Assembly: GCA_965219455.1 (NCBI GenBank)
Contig: OZ244744.1
Span: 288,001-352,000 of the forward strand
Length of the DNA: 64,000 bases
Direction of reading: 5' to 3'
DNA from: Candidatus Latescibacterota bacterium
Lineage (GTDB): Bacteria > Latescibacterota > UBA2968 > GCA-2709665
Under the pieces are notes generated by a model. That model made no database searches. It was not told the origin of the DNA and saw nothing but the letters and a program-made list of their open reading frames with translations. Positions 1 through 9,900 of this stretch are shown here, piece after piece; position 1 is the first letter of the stretch, and every line of letters starts with the position of its first letter. A program made the position numbers and the translations under genes.

Positions 1-1
1 T

Positions 2-394
2 GTGATTGGTTCGCGCACACTGGGAACCAGGGAGGCCGGCGCGCTACTGCCACAGGCCCGATTCGGCAACTGGCTGGCCACGTGGCTCATCCGCCGTCTG
101 TTTGGCGCTAACTTCACCGATCTCGGGCCATTCCGCGCCCTTACGTATCCGGCACTCGTAAAGCTCGATATGGAGGACAAGACCTTTGGTTGGACCGTGG
201 AAATGCAGGTGAAAGCTGCCCGGATGGATTTCCGGTTCCTGGAAGTTCCGGTCAGCTATCGGCGTCGAATCGGCGTTTCCAAGATCACCGGAACCATAAG
301 CGGTACGATCAGGGCGGGTTGGAAAATCCTTTACACCATCTTCAAATACAGATTCACGGAAACGCCTCAATCCGCACGTCTTGCCCCGCGTTGA
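2..394 (+). CDS. Glycosyltransferase family 2 protein (C-terminal part, truncated at window edge)
   Basis: GSR...FGNWLAT...FTDLGPFRA...FGWTVEMQVKA...EVPVSYRRRIGVSKI motifs of DPM1-like GT2. Confidence 0.85.
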   Translation: MIGSRTLGTREAGALLPQARFGNWLATWLIRRLFGANFTDLGPFRALTYPALVKLDMEDKTFGWTVEMQVKAARMDFRFLEVPVSYRRRIGVSKITGTISGTIRAGWKILYTIFKYRFTETPQSARLAPR

Positions 395-487
395 AATGCC
401 CTCGCCGCGCCCCGGTGTCCCGTCCCTGAAATATATCACCATTCGATTCCATTGGCGACAAATGTGGTCAGGCCGATCGGAACCCCC

Positions 488-799
488 TTAGACGCCCCCG
501 TCTTCGTCGTCCAGCATCATCGTCAGACGCGTGGCCACCTGCTCGGCCTGCCGGCCAGCCGCTTCGCGTCCCGACCGGTACTTTAACAGTCTGTCGGCGA
601 TATCCAATGCCGCGATAATGGCTATTTTTGTCGGATCGGCCAGCTTCTGCTGGGACGCGATCTCCGTCATCCGGCGATCGACAAGTTCTGCAACCCGGCG
701 GGTATACTCGGATGACTCCCGACTCTGAACGGGGTATTGGCGCCCAAAGATCGTAACGTCCGTCGTCTCACCTCGGTTAAGGCCGTCCGGAAGTATCAT
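488..799 (-). CDS. zapA: Cell division protein ZapA
   Basis: VTIFGRQYPV...VAELVDRRMTEI...KIAIIAALDIAD signature; ATG at 799 preceded by G-rich RBS (alternative GTG at 820). Confidence 0.85.
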   Translation of the reverse strand: MILPDGLNRGETTDVTIFGRQYPVQSRESSEYTRRVAELVDRRMTEIASQQKLADPTKIAIIAALDIADRLLKYRSGREAAGRQAEQVATRLTMMLDDEDGGV

Positions 800-981
800 T
801 CTACCCCCTGAACTGTCCACGGAGCATCGGCGTACCCTATCAGACGACTACAACATGCGCTCGTTTCGCCAGTCAAGACGCCAACAAATCCGCGATTTCC
901 GGTGCCACGGTAATGTTGCCCGGGCTGGAATCTACGGCGCGCGAAAACCCGCCGACCCCTCCTGTATCGATGGTGTTGAAC

Positions 982-1248
982 TCAGATCTTGTTGGCGGCT
1001 TCAAGCGGATCCACCCGCACCACGCCGTCCGTCGCCGGTATCATCACCTCCACGACCCATCCGTCCACGTCCTTGCCCATGACCCGAATCCGCTTGGGCA
1101 TTCGCCGCAATACCGTCGCGTCTTTGGAAACCCTGGCGAATGCGTGGTATTTTTCATCGTCCACACAGAAATACCGCTGGATACGCCCCTCGGGTCTTCC
1201 GCCCAGTTGTGCACTGCTCTGTTTGTGGCCGTCCGATGATTCCGCCAT
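982..1248 (-). CDS. Small hypothetical protein (88 aa)
   Basis: ATG ORF 15 bp downstream of nadD on the same strand; globular-looking composition; no family recognised. Confidence 0.55.
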   Translation of the reverse strand: MAESSDGHKQSSAQLGGRPEGRIQRYFCVDDEKYHAFARVSKDATVLRRMPKRIRVMGKDVDGWVVEVMIPATDGVVRVDPLEAANKI

Positions 1249-1263
1249 CGTTTGCTCGCATTT

Positions 1264-1851
1264 CTACCGGTAGAGATGGTGCGTTTCGATAAATTGCGCG
1301 ACGTTGTCCGGCACCCAATATCGAATGGGCCGGCCCGTACGAATGCGCGAACGGATCTGTGTGGAAGAAATCTCGAGAAGCGGCGTATCCAGGAAACGCA
1401 TCCGTGCGGCTAGTCGGTTATCTGCATCATCGGGAAGAAACCCGGGGCGACCCATCACCGTCACGTGCGCAAGGTCCAGTACGCCCTGGGGATCGCACCA
1501 CGTTGACATCTCCAACGCGTTGTCCGCACCGATGATCAGATGGAATTCAGTCCTGGATCCCAGTGTCCTGCGGAGTTGTCTCAGCGTCTCGACGGTATAG
1601 GACTTGCCAATTCGCTCCAATTCGATCCGGCACAGTTCAAACCGGGGTTGTCTGTCAAGGGCGAGTGCAACCATCCTGGCGCGCGCATCGGCCGGCGCCA
1701 TGTCGGCAGCTCTTTTGTGAGGAGGGTCCGCCGAGGGAACGAACAGGACCCGATCCAGACAACATTGCGCCAACGCCTCCTGTGCGATTATCAGATGGCC
1801 AAGATGAATCGGATCGAACGTCCCGCCGAGAATGCCGATCCTGCCGCCCAT
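1264..1851 (-). CDS. nadD: Nicotinate-nucleotide adenylyltransferase
   Basis: GILGGTFDPIHLGH, PPHK, SYTVETL, IIGAD, ISSTQIR motifs. Confidence 0.97.
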   Translation of the reverse strand: MGGRIGILGGTFDPIHLGHLIIAQEALAQCCLDRVLFVPSADPPHKRAADMAPADARARMVALALDRQPRFELCRIELERIGKSYTVETLRQLRRTLGSRTEFHLIIGADNALEMSTWCDPQGVLDLAHVTVMGRPGFLPDDADNRLAARMRFLDTPLLEISSTQIRSRIRTGRPIRYWVPDNVAQFIETHHLYR

Positions 1852-1857
1852 GCAGCC

Positions 1858-2679
1858 TCACCTGGTATTTGCAGCGCTGGAGCCGTTTGTCTTTTCCGCC
1901 GGTTTCCGGTGTTCGGTCTTTTGCGCGGCCAGGGACTTCTCGATCTGGCGTATCTCTTCCGCAATGTCCTGTTTAAGTTCATCCTGAACGCCATCCGCGG
2001 CCAGGAGTCTCAACATCTCGAGCGCTTCGTCCAACGCACCCAGACGGTGTTTTGCCCGCGCGAGAATAAACCGGGCTCTTGACGCGAGCGCGGTATCGTC
2101 GAATTCCTTCAGGACAATCTCGCAGTAACGCGCGGCGGATTCGAACATGTCCCACTGAATGTAGTTCTCCGCAACCGTGAGTTTTTTTAGCGCCAATTTC
2201 GTCCGAAGCTCCTGGATTCGGTCACGCGTGCTCGGGACGAGATCGCTATCGGGGAAATCCTCTATAAACCGTTCAAACTCCCGGATGGCCTTGTGAGTTT
2301 CATCCTGGTCGTGGTGGATTCCCCGGGATTGCCGATAATAACACACGCCGATCTGATACCGCGCCTGGTCAACAAACGGACTGGTTGGAAATTCATTCAG
2401 CAGGCGCTCGAATTCAAATACGGCCGTCACGTAGTCCTTATCGCATAAATAGGCGAAGCCCAGTTTATATTGGGCGCGATCTACCAGATGGGACCCCGGA
2501 AAATCCGAAAGCAGATTGCGGAGCAGCTTCTGGGCCTCCCAGCAATTCTTCTTTTCCAGCTCCTCATTCGCTTTTTCCAGGTAAAGGTCCGCACTGGGGT
2601 GGCGATACCTGTTTTGCGCGCATCCCCAGAATGCCACCAGGCCCAATGAACACAGAACAAAAATACTCCGCTTCAACAT
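1858..2679 (-). CDS. bamD: Outer membrane protein assembly factor BamD (lipoprotein)
   Basis: Lipoprotein signal MLKRSIFVLCSLGLVAFWG-C; TPR repeats with FPGS/FPTS/FPDS; DQDETHKAIREF motif. Confidence 0.88.
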   Translation of the reverse strand: MLKRSIFVLCSLGLVAFWGCAQNRYRHPSADLYLEKANEELEKKNCWEAQKLLRNLLSDFPGSHLVDRAQYKLGFAYLCDKDYVTAVFEFERLLNEFPTSPFVDQARYQIGVCYYRQSRGIHHDQDETHKAIREFERFIEDFPDSDLVPSTRDRIQELRTKLALKKLTVAENYIQWDMFESAARYCEIVLKEFDDTALASRARFILARAKHRLGALDEALEMLRLLAADGVQDELKQDIAEEIRQIEKSLAAQKTEHRKPAEKTNGSSAANTR

Positions 2680-2934
2680 ACCCTTCTTACCCCACAAAAA
2701 CAGAAAATCGGGGCCCTGTTTATCCCAACCCCGAACGGTCGGTGCAATCGACCACCCCAAAACCCGGACGTCTGTGAGCGGTGCATTCCCGGGAAACAAC
2801 CGGTAAAACCGACGCCTTTACCTTTGACTCTGGAAACACACGGATGGTTCCGAACAAAACCGGTAAGATTACCCGCCAATTCGTGAACGTGGAAACTCCC
2901 GGTTTCCATTCGGCTTACGTACTCAGATCGGAAA

Positions 2935-2963
2935 AACTTAAGCAAACCCCAAAGGCAAGTCAA
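2935..2963 (-). promoter_or_regulatory. Putative sigma70 promoter for the bamD-nadD unit
   Basis: TTGACT-N17-TAAGTT on the minus strand. Confidence 0.55.
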
Positions 2964-3023
2964 GGAAATACAAATAGGTCCGTATGCTTCGGATTCTTCC
3001 GCCGGAATTCGCACAGGTTCACC

Positions 3024-3053
3024 TTGACGAAGGAACACGGATCTTGTTAACTT
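3024..3053 (+). promoter_or_regulatory. Putative sigma70 promoter for rbsK
   Basis: TTGACG-N18-TAACTT with TGn extended -10. Confidence 0.45.
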
Positions 3054-3181
3054 GCATTCTGATTTGGATTCGCTTCAGGGCCGTTCACGAGGGGTACGAT
3101 CGAGATTCGGGGTACGATTTTTTATAACGGGACCATTGGCGCGGTCCGATTCGCGGCTCCCCGATCATTCCGGAAAACACG

Positions 3182-4129
3182 ATGGCGTCACACACGCACG
3201 TTCTGGTCATTGGCAGTTATAACATGGATCTGATCGTTCAATCTCCAAGCCTGCCGAGACCTGGCCAAACCATAATGGCAGATACGTTCGTCACATTGCC
3301 AGGCGGCAAGGGCGCCAATCAGGCGGTGGCGGCGGCCCGTTCCGGGGCGTTTGTATCCTTCGTTGCAAGAGTAGGCAGCGACGCCTTCGGTGCGCAGGCT
3401 CTGCGTTGCCTCGACGCGGAGGGAATCGACACCACCTACGTGCTGAAAGATCCGGATCTGCCGTCGGGGATCGCCTCGATCCTGGTGGACGGCAAGGGGG
3501 AGAACGCCATTGCCGTGGTTCCTGGCGCCAACGCCGCCCTATCCCCGCTTCAGATCGACTCCGCCGGTTCCCTTTTCGAACGCGTTTCCAATTGCCTGCT
3601 TCAGCTGGAAACACCGCTGCCCACGGTTCTCCACGCCGCGGGTCTTGCGAAGGAACGCGGCGTACCGGTTATTCTCAACCCCGCCCCCGCGCGTGACCTG
3701 CCCGCGGAACTCCTTTCCGATCTTTTTCTTCTGACGCCGAACGAATCGGAAACCGAAGTTCTAACCGGTATTCGACCGGATACCGAAAGCGCGGCACGCC
3801 GTGCTACAGACATCCTGATGGGCCGCGGTGTAAACAACGTAATTATTACACTTGGCGCACGCGGAGCGCTTCTGGCGACGGATCGGGAGACCATACTGGT
3901 TCCCGCGCCCAGGGTCGACGCACGCGACACCACGGGCGCCGGAGACGCCTTCAACGGCGCTCTCGCGGCCTCACTCGGCACAACGCGGACCCTTGCGGAC
4001 GCTGTCGCCTTTGCCAATTGCGCGGGCGCCCTCGCGGTAACAGAAATCGGCGCACAGGCTGCGCTGCCGCGAGAACCGCAGATTCGCGCCCTGATGGAGG
4101 CGCGGCCGCAGAGCCAATCGTCACCCTGA
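3182..4129 (+). CDS. rbsK: Ribokinase (PfkB family)
   Basis: GSYNMDL, PGGKGANQAVAAAR, LQLETP, TPNESE, DTTGAGDAFNG. Confidence 0.95.
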   Translation: MASHTHVLVIGSYNMDLIVQSPSLPRPGQTIMADTFVTLPGGKGANQAVAAARSGAFVSFVARVGSDAFGAQALRCLDAEGIDTTYVLKDPDLPSGIASILVDGKGENAIAVVPGANAALSPLQIDSAGSLFERVSNCLLQLETPLPTVLHAAGLAKERGVPVILNPAPARDLPAELLSDLFLLTPNESETEVLTGIRPDTESAARRATDILMGRGVNNVIITLGARGALLATDRETILVPAPRVDARDTTGAGDAFNGALAASLGTTRTLADAVAFANCAGALAVTEIGAQAALPREPQIRALMEARPQSQSSP

Positions 4130-4161
4130 CCACGGGATCACCTCTTTTTTTGCCTTTTCTC

Positions 4162-4190
4162 TTGACCCGACTTCCACCCTGTCCTATATT
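4162..4190 (+). promoter_or_regulatory. Sigma70 promoter upstream of 61-aa ORF
   Basis: TTGACC-N17-TATATT preceded by a T-rich tract. Confidence 0.65.
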
Positions 4191-4278
4191 CTGATCCCTC
4201 ACACATATTTCGCGAGCTTGAACGGCATTCAACCTCCCCCCTCTCCCTGATTCCCCTTGCACGAAGGGAGCGTGTTGT

Positions 4279-4464
4279 ATGGCGAACCGCAGGAATGTCG
4301 AGCCACGTCTCGACTATGAGGATCTTGTGAACGAGTTGGATCGGTTTGAATCGGAAGCCAAAGACCTTCAGGTGCGTATCGCGCAGTTTATGAAGAATGC
4401 CAGGCAGACGCTGGCGGGCGAGACGAGTCCGGGTGTGGAACACGTGGGTATTGCCGCCGACTGA
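4279..4464 (+). CDS. Small hypothetical coiled-coil protein (61 aa)
   Basis: AAGGGAG RBS, own promoter and terminator; heptad-like LDYEDLVNELDRFESEAKDLQVRIAQF. Confidence 0.7.
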   Translation: MANRRNVEPRLDYEDLVNELDRFESEAKDLQVRIAQFMKNARQTLAGETSPGVEHVGIAAD

Positions 4465-4489
4465 ATTCGCATCTTCATATGACATGGAC

Positions 4490-4530
4490 AAACGAACAAG
4501 GCGGGGTCTTACACCCCGCCTTGTTCGTTT
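4490..4530. terminator. Bidirectional intrinsic terminator
   Basis: Perfect 18-bp inverted repeat AAACGAACAAGGCGGGGT-cttac-ACCCCGCCTTGTTCGTTT between convergent genes. Confidence 0.85.
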
Positions 4531-4619
4531 CAGAACGCCATTTGTCGATGTTTTTTACCGCCACCTGGCACCGAACGGTATTGGACGCAAAGCCGATCCA
4601 TTCGCGGAGTTCCCGGCCC

Positions 4620-5573
4620 CTACCGTGCATCAACCGGTCCGGCCATCCCTCCATGGAGTCTCTTCAAAGCGGTTACGTCCGCTTCATCCAGCGAACCCAT
4701 TTCCGATGCCGCCGCGTTCGCCTCGGCCTGCTCCGGCGTCTTGGCGCCGGGAATCACGCTCGACACGGCCGGTTGGCTCAATACGAATCTCAGCGCTGTC
4801 TGCGCCAGCGTAGGGCTCCGGTCGCCCACCAGCGCCTCAACCATGGCCACCTGCGCCAGGGCCCGCTGCAATCGCCCGTCCTTCTGCCAGCCGGCCCGGA
4901 AGTCCGCCCCCGGAAATTTGGAATCCTTCCGGTATTTTCCGCTCAGCAGGCCCCTCGCCAGGGGCGCCTTGATAACCGTCCCGACCCCGGCCTTCCGAGC
5001 AGATTCAAACAACTCGGGATCGGGACGCTGGTCCAGGATATTGTAGTAGATCTGAATCACATCCACACATCCGGACTCGATGCATAGCCGCCCCTGTTCA
5101 GCCGTATCGACCGATACCCCTGCGAAACGGATCTTGCCCGCTTGCTTCATCCGGGTCAAGAATTCGAAAATACCGCACCGTCGAATGGTTTCAGTATCCG
5201 GATCGTGGATGTAATAAACATCGAAATAGTCCGTTCTCAAACAACGCAGACTGGCCTCGACCGCCCGGCAGAGGTAAATCAGCGAAAAATCGCAATAAGG
5301 CGCACCACCCACGTACCACCAGCCGCCCTTGGTTGCCAGCACGACCTGTTCCCGCCTTCCCACCAGCGCCCTGCCCAAAACACGTTCGCTGCGCCCGTTC
5401 CCGTATGCGTCCGCCGTATCAAAAAACGTCACACCGACGTCGAGCGCCTTGTGGACGGCACGAACCGACGTCTCGTCGTTTACGGGCCCCCAGTCCAATC
5501 CCCGTAACGGCCCCGCACCGAATCCGACCTCCGAAATCCGGGGACCGCCCTTACAGAGCGCCCGGCGATTCAT
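4620..5573 (-). CDS. Aldo/keto reductase
   Basis: FFDTADAYGNGRSE, LATKGG, DVYYIHDP, GKIRFAGVS, PLARGLLSGK, VIPGAK. Confidence 0.93.
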   Translation of the reverse strand: MNRRALCKGGPRISEVGFGAGPLRGLDWGPVNDETSVRAVHKALDVGVTFFDTADAYGNGRSERVLGRALVGRREQVVLATKGGWWYVGGAPYCDFSLIYLCRAVEASLRCLRTDYFDVYYIHDPDTETIRRCGIFEFLTRMKQAGKIRFAGVSVDTAEQGRLCIESGCVDVIQIYYNILDQRPDPELFESARKAGVGTVIKAPLARGLLSGKYRKDSKFPGADFRAGWQKDGRLQRALAQVAMVEALVGDRSPTLAQTALRFVLSQPAVSSVIPGAKTPEQAEANAAASEMGSLDEADVTALKRLHGGMAGPVDAR

Positions 5574-6061
5574 GGCCACCCCTGAAAGGTAAGTCGACCG
5601 CCAAGATATAACGGCCCTCGAAGGCTCCCTCCCGGCGATTCCCTCGAAGGCCGAAAACGGTATCGTTTCGATACCGCAGAGATAATAGGACCAACAAATC
5701 AGGTTGTCAACCAAAATTGGGTTCGGTGCGCAAGGAGCCGCGGCGGAGAATTGGGGCCGGTGGGTATGCGCCCGTCCGCCCGTCTTAGACGCATAAAACC
5801 CCCGTTAGACGCCTCGTGCCTGTCGAAGTGTTGTTTCATGGATGGAGTTCGATAAGTTGGCAAGAGTCCGTTTACCCGGATACGATAGTATGATAAAATT
5901 TATTTATTGATTTTATCAAATATATAAATTAGCAATATATCCGGTGGTATCTTATTATTATCGTGGTTGTCCCCACGCCGGCACTGGCGATTCCCACGGA
6001 CTCCGGAGCGGGTCCCGCCAGAGAATCAACGCTGAACCCGATCATTGCAAGGGACTCTGTT

Positions 6062-6775
6062 TTGCACCTGCCCGTCGCGATACTTATCGATCTGGATGAT
6101 ACCATCGTCTCCTATTCCACGTATGCGGAACCGTGCTGGAAACGGGTCTGCGACCGGGCGGCCGGCAGGATTGACGGGGCGAATGCGAATGAGCTGTACA
6201 GGACGCTCACCGAGGCCCGTACGTGGTTCTGGGGCGATCCCGAACGGCACCGGGCGAACCGTCAGAACATGCTCCTTGCAACTCAGCGCGTCGTCCACCA
6301 TGGCTTGCGCCGTCTCGGCATAGAAAACTGGGAACTGGCGGGCACGATTGCCCTATCTTACGACCGGGAGCGCAGGAAGACGATAAAGCCGTTTCCAGGT
6401 GCCCTCGAGACCCTTCGCATACTTCGCCACAACAGCGTGCGGATGGCCCTGGTGACCAACGGAGGGGCCGAACCCCAGCGGGAAAAGATACGCAGATTCA
6501 ACCTGGAGCCATTCTTTGACGCCATCCTTATCGAAGGAGAATGTGGCTACGGGAAACCGGATATTCGAATCTATTCGGATGCGCTGCGCCTGCTGAACGC
6601 CAACCCTGAAGATGCGTGGATGATCGGCGACAACCTGGAGTGGGAGGTCGCGGTTCCGCAGAAACTGGGAATTTACTGCGTCTGGAACGACGCCCGGGGC
6701 AAGGGCCTGCCGGAAGACAGTGAAATTCGTCCGGACCGAATCATCAGATCCCTGCCGGAGCTTCTGGAAACCTGA
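6062..6775 (+). CDS. HAD-superfamily hydrolase (subfamily IA)
   Basis: Motif I DLDDT, motif II VTNG, KPD, motif IV MIGDNLEWEV; start uncertain (TTG 6062; frame open from 5963). Confidence 0.9.
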   Translation: MHLPVAILIDLDDTIVSYSTYAEPCWKRVCDRAAGRIDGANANELYRTLTEARTWFWGDPERHRANRQNMLLATQRVVHHGLRRLGIENWELAGTIALSYDRERRKTIKPFPGALETLRILRHNSVRMALVTNGGAEPQREKIRRFNLEPFFDAILIEGECGYGKPDIRIYSDALRLLNANPEDAWMIGDNLEWEVAVPQKLGIYCVWNDARGKGLPEDSEIRPDRIIRSLPELLET

Positions 6776-6883
6776 TGTTCTGTCCCGGAAACAGGTCGCC
6801 ATTCTTCCGACGATTCATCCCGTCTCGCTGTGTTGCCTTCGCTCGTCGGCCGAATTTCAGCAATCTATATCCGGGTCAGAACA
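6776..6883. mobile_element. MITE-like element (family B), 108 bp
   Basis: Imperfect 19-bp terminal inverted repeats TGTTCTGTCCCGGAAACAG / CTATATCCGGGTCAGAACA (16/19 match); its right end recurs at 15234-15272. Confidence 0.6.
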
Positions 6884-6923
6884 CGAGAACCGTTTCGTCC
6901 CAATTGTCAACGTCGGACAGGAA

Positions 6924-9900
6924 ATGAGACTGACCGTGGGCCTTTTTCATCTATACCGCACGCCGCACCTCTCCCCGACGCAAACGGACACCCTGCTCAG
7001 CCAGGTCAGACAGAACATCTGCTACCGTGTTTTTCGGCTCGAAACCGAAGCCTGCTTCAATGTCGAACTGGAGGGTACGTTGACCTCCGAAGAACGGCAG
7101 CGACTCGCCTGGCTGCTGAGCGAGACATTCGAACCAGGAAAACTCAACACGACGCCGTTTCTGGGCGCCGGCGGTACAGTTATCGAAGTCGGACCACGTT
7201 TGAACTTCAGCACGGCCTGGTCTACGAACGCCGTTTCCGTCTGCCACGCCTGCGACCTGGCGAAAATCAGGCGCATCGAGAGGTCCAGGCGTTATCTGCT
7301 GATACCCGGCCTGACGCGCGATCAACGATCCGCATTTCTGGAAATGATCCATGACCGCATGACCGAATGCGAATACGGCACGCCAATGGCCACCTTCGAA
7401 ACCGGAGCGCAACCCGAGCCCGTCTCCGAAGTTCCGCTCATTCAGGAAGGCAGGCCGGCGCTGGAACGCATCAACAAAGCGTTGGGGCTGGCCTTTGACG
7501 AATGGGATCTCGACTATTATACGGACCTCTTTCTGGACCACCTCCAACGAAATCCCACGAATGTGGAATGTTTCGACATTGCCCAGTCCAACAGCGAACA
7601 CTCCCGTCACTGGTTCTTTCGAGGTCGGCTGACGATCGACGGCGAAGAAATGCCGGAACATCTCCTGGGCATGATTCAACAACCCCTTAGCGCCAATCCC
7701 GGCAACAGCACCATCGCGTTCAGGGATAACGCGAGCGGCATCAGAGGCTATCCCACAAGGACCATCCTGCCCGCCAGGCCCGGGGAACCGAGTCCATTCG
7801 CCGCTTCCGTACGGGACTACGACATCATTTTCACCGCTGAAACGCACAACTTTCCCACCGGAGTAGCGCCCTTCCCAGGTGCTGAAACCGGTACGGGCGG
7901 ACGCATCCGGGACGTGCATGCCGCCGGTCGCGGCTCCCTTGTTGTTGCCGGCACCGCGGCCTACTGCGTGGGCAACCTGCGCATTCCCGACTATGAAATG
8001 CCCTGGGAGGACCAGGCGTTCGAATATTCCGACAATTTCGCCTCTCCGCTCCGGATTGAGATTGAAGCCAGCAACGGCGCGTCCGACTACGGCAACAAAT
8101 TCGGCGAACCGCTCATTCAGGGCTATACCCGTGCTTTCGGTCTTCGATTGCCGAACGGGCAGCGCCGCGAATGGATCAAACCCATTATGTTCACCGGCGG
8201 CATCGGCCAGATCGATGCCCGGCACACAGAAAAAGGAAGCCCTGAAAAAAAGATGTGGGTGGTCAAACTCGGTGGCCCGGCATATCGCATCGGGATGGGG
8301 GGCGGGGCGGCTTCGTCGATGGTACAGGGTGAGAACACGGCGGAACTGGACTTCAACGCCGTTCAGCGGGGCGATGCTGAAATGGAGCAGAAAGTAAACC
8401 GGGTCATCCGCGCCTGCGTTGAACTGGGCGAGGATAACCCCATCGTCAGCATCCACGACCAGGGGGCCGGCGGAAACTGCAACGTACTCAAGGAAATCGT
8501 AGCGCCGGAAGGCGCCCGCATCCACGTTCGCGCGCTGCCTGTTGGCGACCGGTCGCTTTCCGTGCTGGAAATCTGGGGTGCAGAATACCAGGAAAACGAC
8601 GCCCTGCTTCTGCATCCCCGACACGAGGACGCATTCAAAACCCTGTGCAGACGGGAGAAGATACAGGCGGCCTTTGTGGGGCACGTAACCGGAAACGGAA
8701 GAATTGTCCTCTATGACGAAGCCGACAACACGACCCCCGTCGACCTGGAACTGGACAAAGTGCTGGGCGACATGCCGCGCAAGAACTTTGAATTGTTTCG
8801 TAAACCGGCCGAACTGACGCCTCTCCATCTGCCCGAAGAAATCACCGTAGAGTCCGCATTGGAGAGAGTACTGCGCCTCGTGTCAGTTGGCTCCAAACGT
8901 TTTCTGACCAACAAGGTCGACCGGAGCGTAACCGGCCTGGTTGCCCGCCAGCAATGCGCCGGGCCTCTCCAACTCACGGTTTCGGACGTGGCCGTGATCG
9001 CGCAGAGCCACTTCGGCACAACAGGCGCCGCAACGGCCATTGGGGAACAACCTGTAATCGGCCTGCTGAACCCCGAGGCGATGGCTCGGATGAGTGTCGG
9101 AGAAGCGCTAACCAATCTGGTGTGGGCCCAGGTCAGCGCATTGGAAGACGTCAAATGCTCTGGAAACTGGATGTGGGCCGCAAAACTACCGGGCGAAGGC
9201 GCCGCGCTATACGATGCAGCCAAGTCCCTGGTGGATATTATGCTTAAACTGGGTATCGCTATAGACGGCGGGAAAGACAGTCTTTCCATGGCCGCGCTGG
9301 CGCCCGGATCGGAGGGGAACGGCGAGACCGTGACCGCGCCCGGGGCACTGGTCATTTCGGCCTATGTAACCTGTCCGGATGTCACCAAAACCGTCACACC
9401 GGACCTGAAACTCCCTGACGAGGGTCACCTGCTCTTCATCGACCTGGCCAGCGGCAAGACCCGCCTGGGAGGCTCGGCCCTGGCCCAGGTGTTTGGTCAG
9501 ATCGGCGATACACCGCCCGACGTTGACGACCCCGGTCTGCTTAAACGCGCGTTCAACGCCATGCAGAAACTCATTGCCGAAAAAAACGTGGCCGCAGGCC
9601 ACGACCGGAGCGACGGCGGCATTCTCACCAGCCTGCTCGAAATGGCTTTCGCCGGGAACTGCGGCATCTGCATCGATCTTCCGACGTCCTCAGATCCGAT
9701 CGCGTCTCTCTTTTCCGAGGAGATGGGCCTGGTTTTCGAAGTGCACGCCAGGAAAGTACAGCACGTTCTTGAAACCCTCAGGGCCGCTGACGTGCCCTGT
9801 GTTCCCATCGGTACGACCCATGCGGACACTTCGGTACATATCGCAATAAACGGCATGTCCGTACTCAACGACGACATGGAGAACCTGCGTGATCTATGGG

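Noticed and set aside
395-487. 6S RNA expected downstream of zapA
   Set aside because: Only 93 bp before the convergent GT2 gene, too short, and no long rod structure.
5838-5870. GATGGAGTTC resembling a fluoride riboswitch core upstream of a HAD gene
   Set aside because: Flanking P1 pairing and the downstream GCUGAUGACUCC pseudoknot partner are absent.
5880-5960. AT-rich patch as oriC unwinding element, dif site or FNR box
   Set aside because: No DnaA boxes nearby, no XerD arm TTATGTTAAAT, and the TTGAT/ATCAA spacing is 3 rather than 4.
6951-8828. 625-aa minus-strand ORF
   Set aside because: Antisense shadow of purL.
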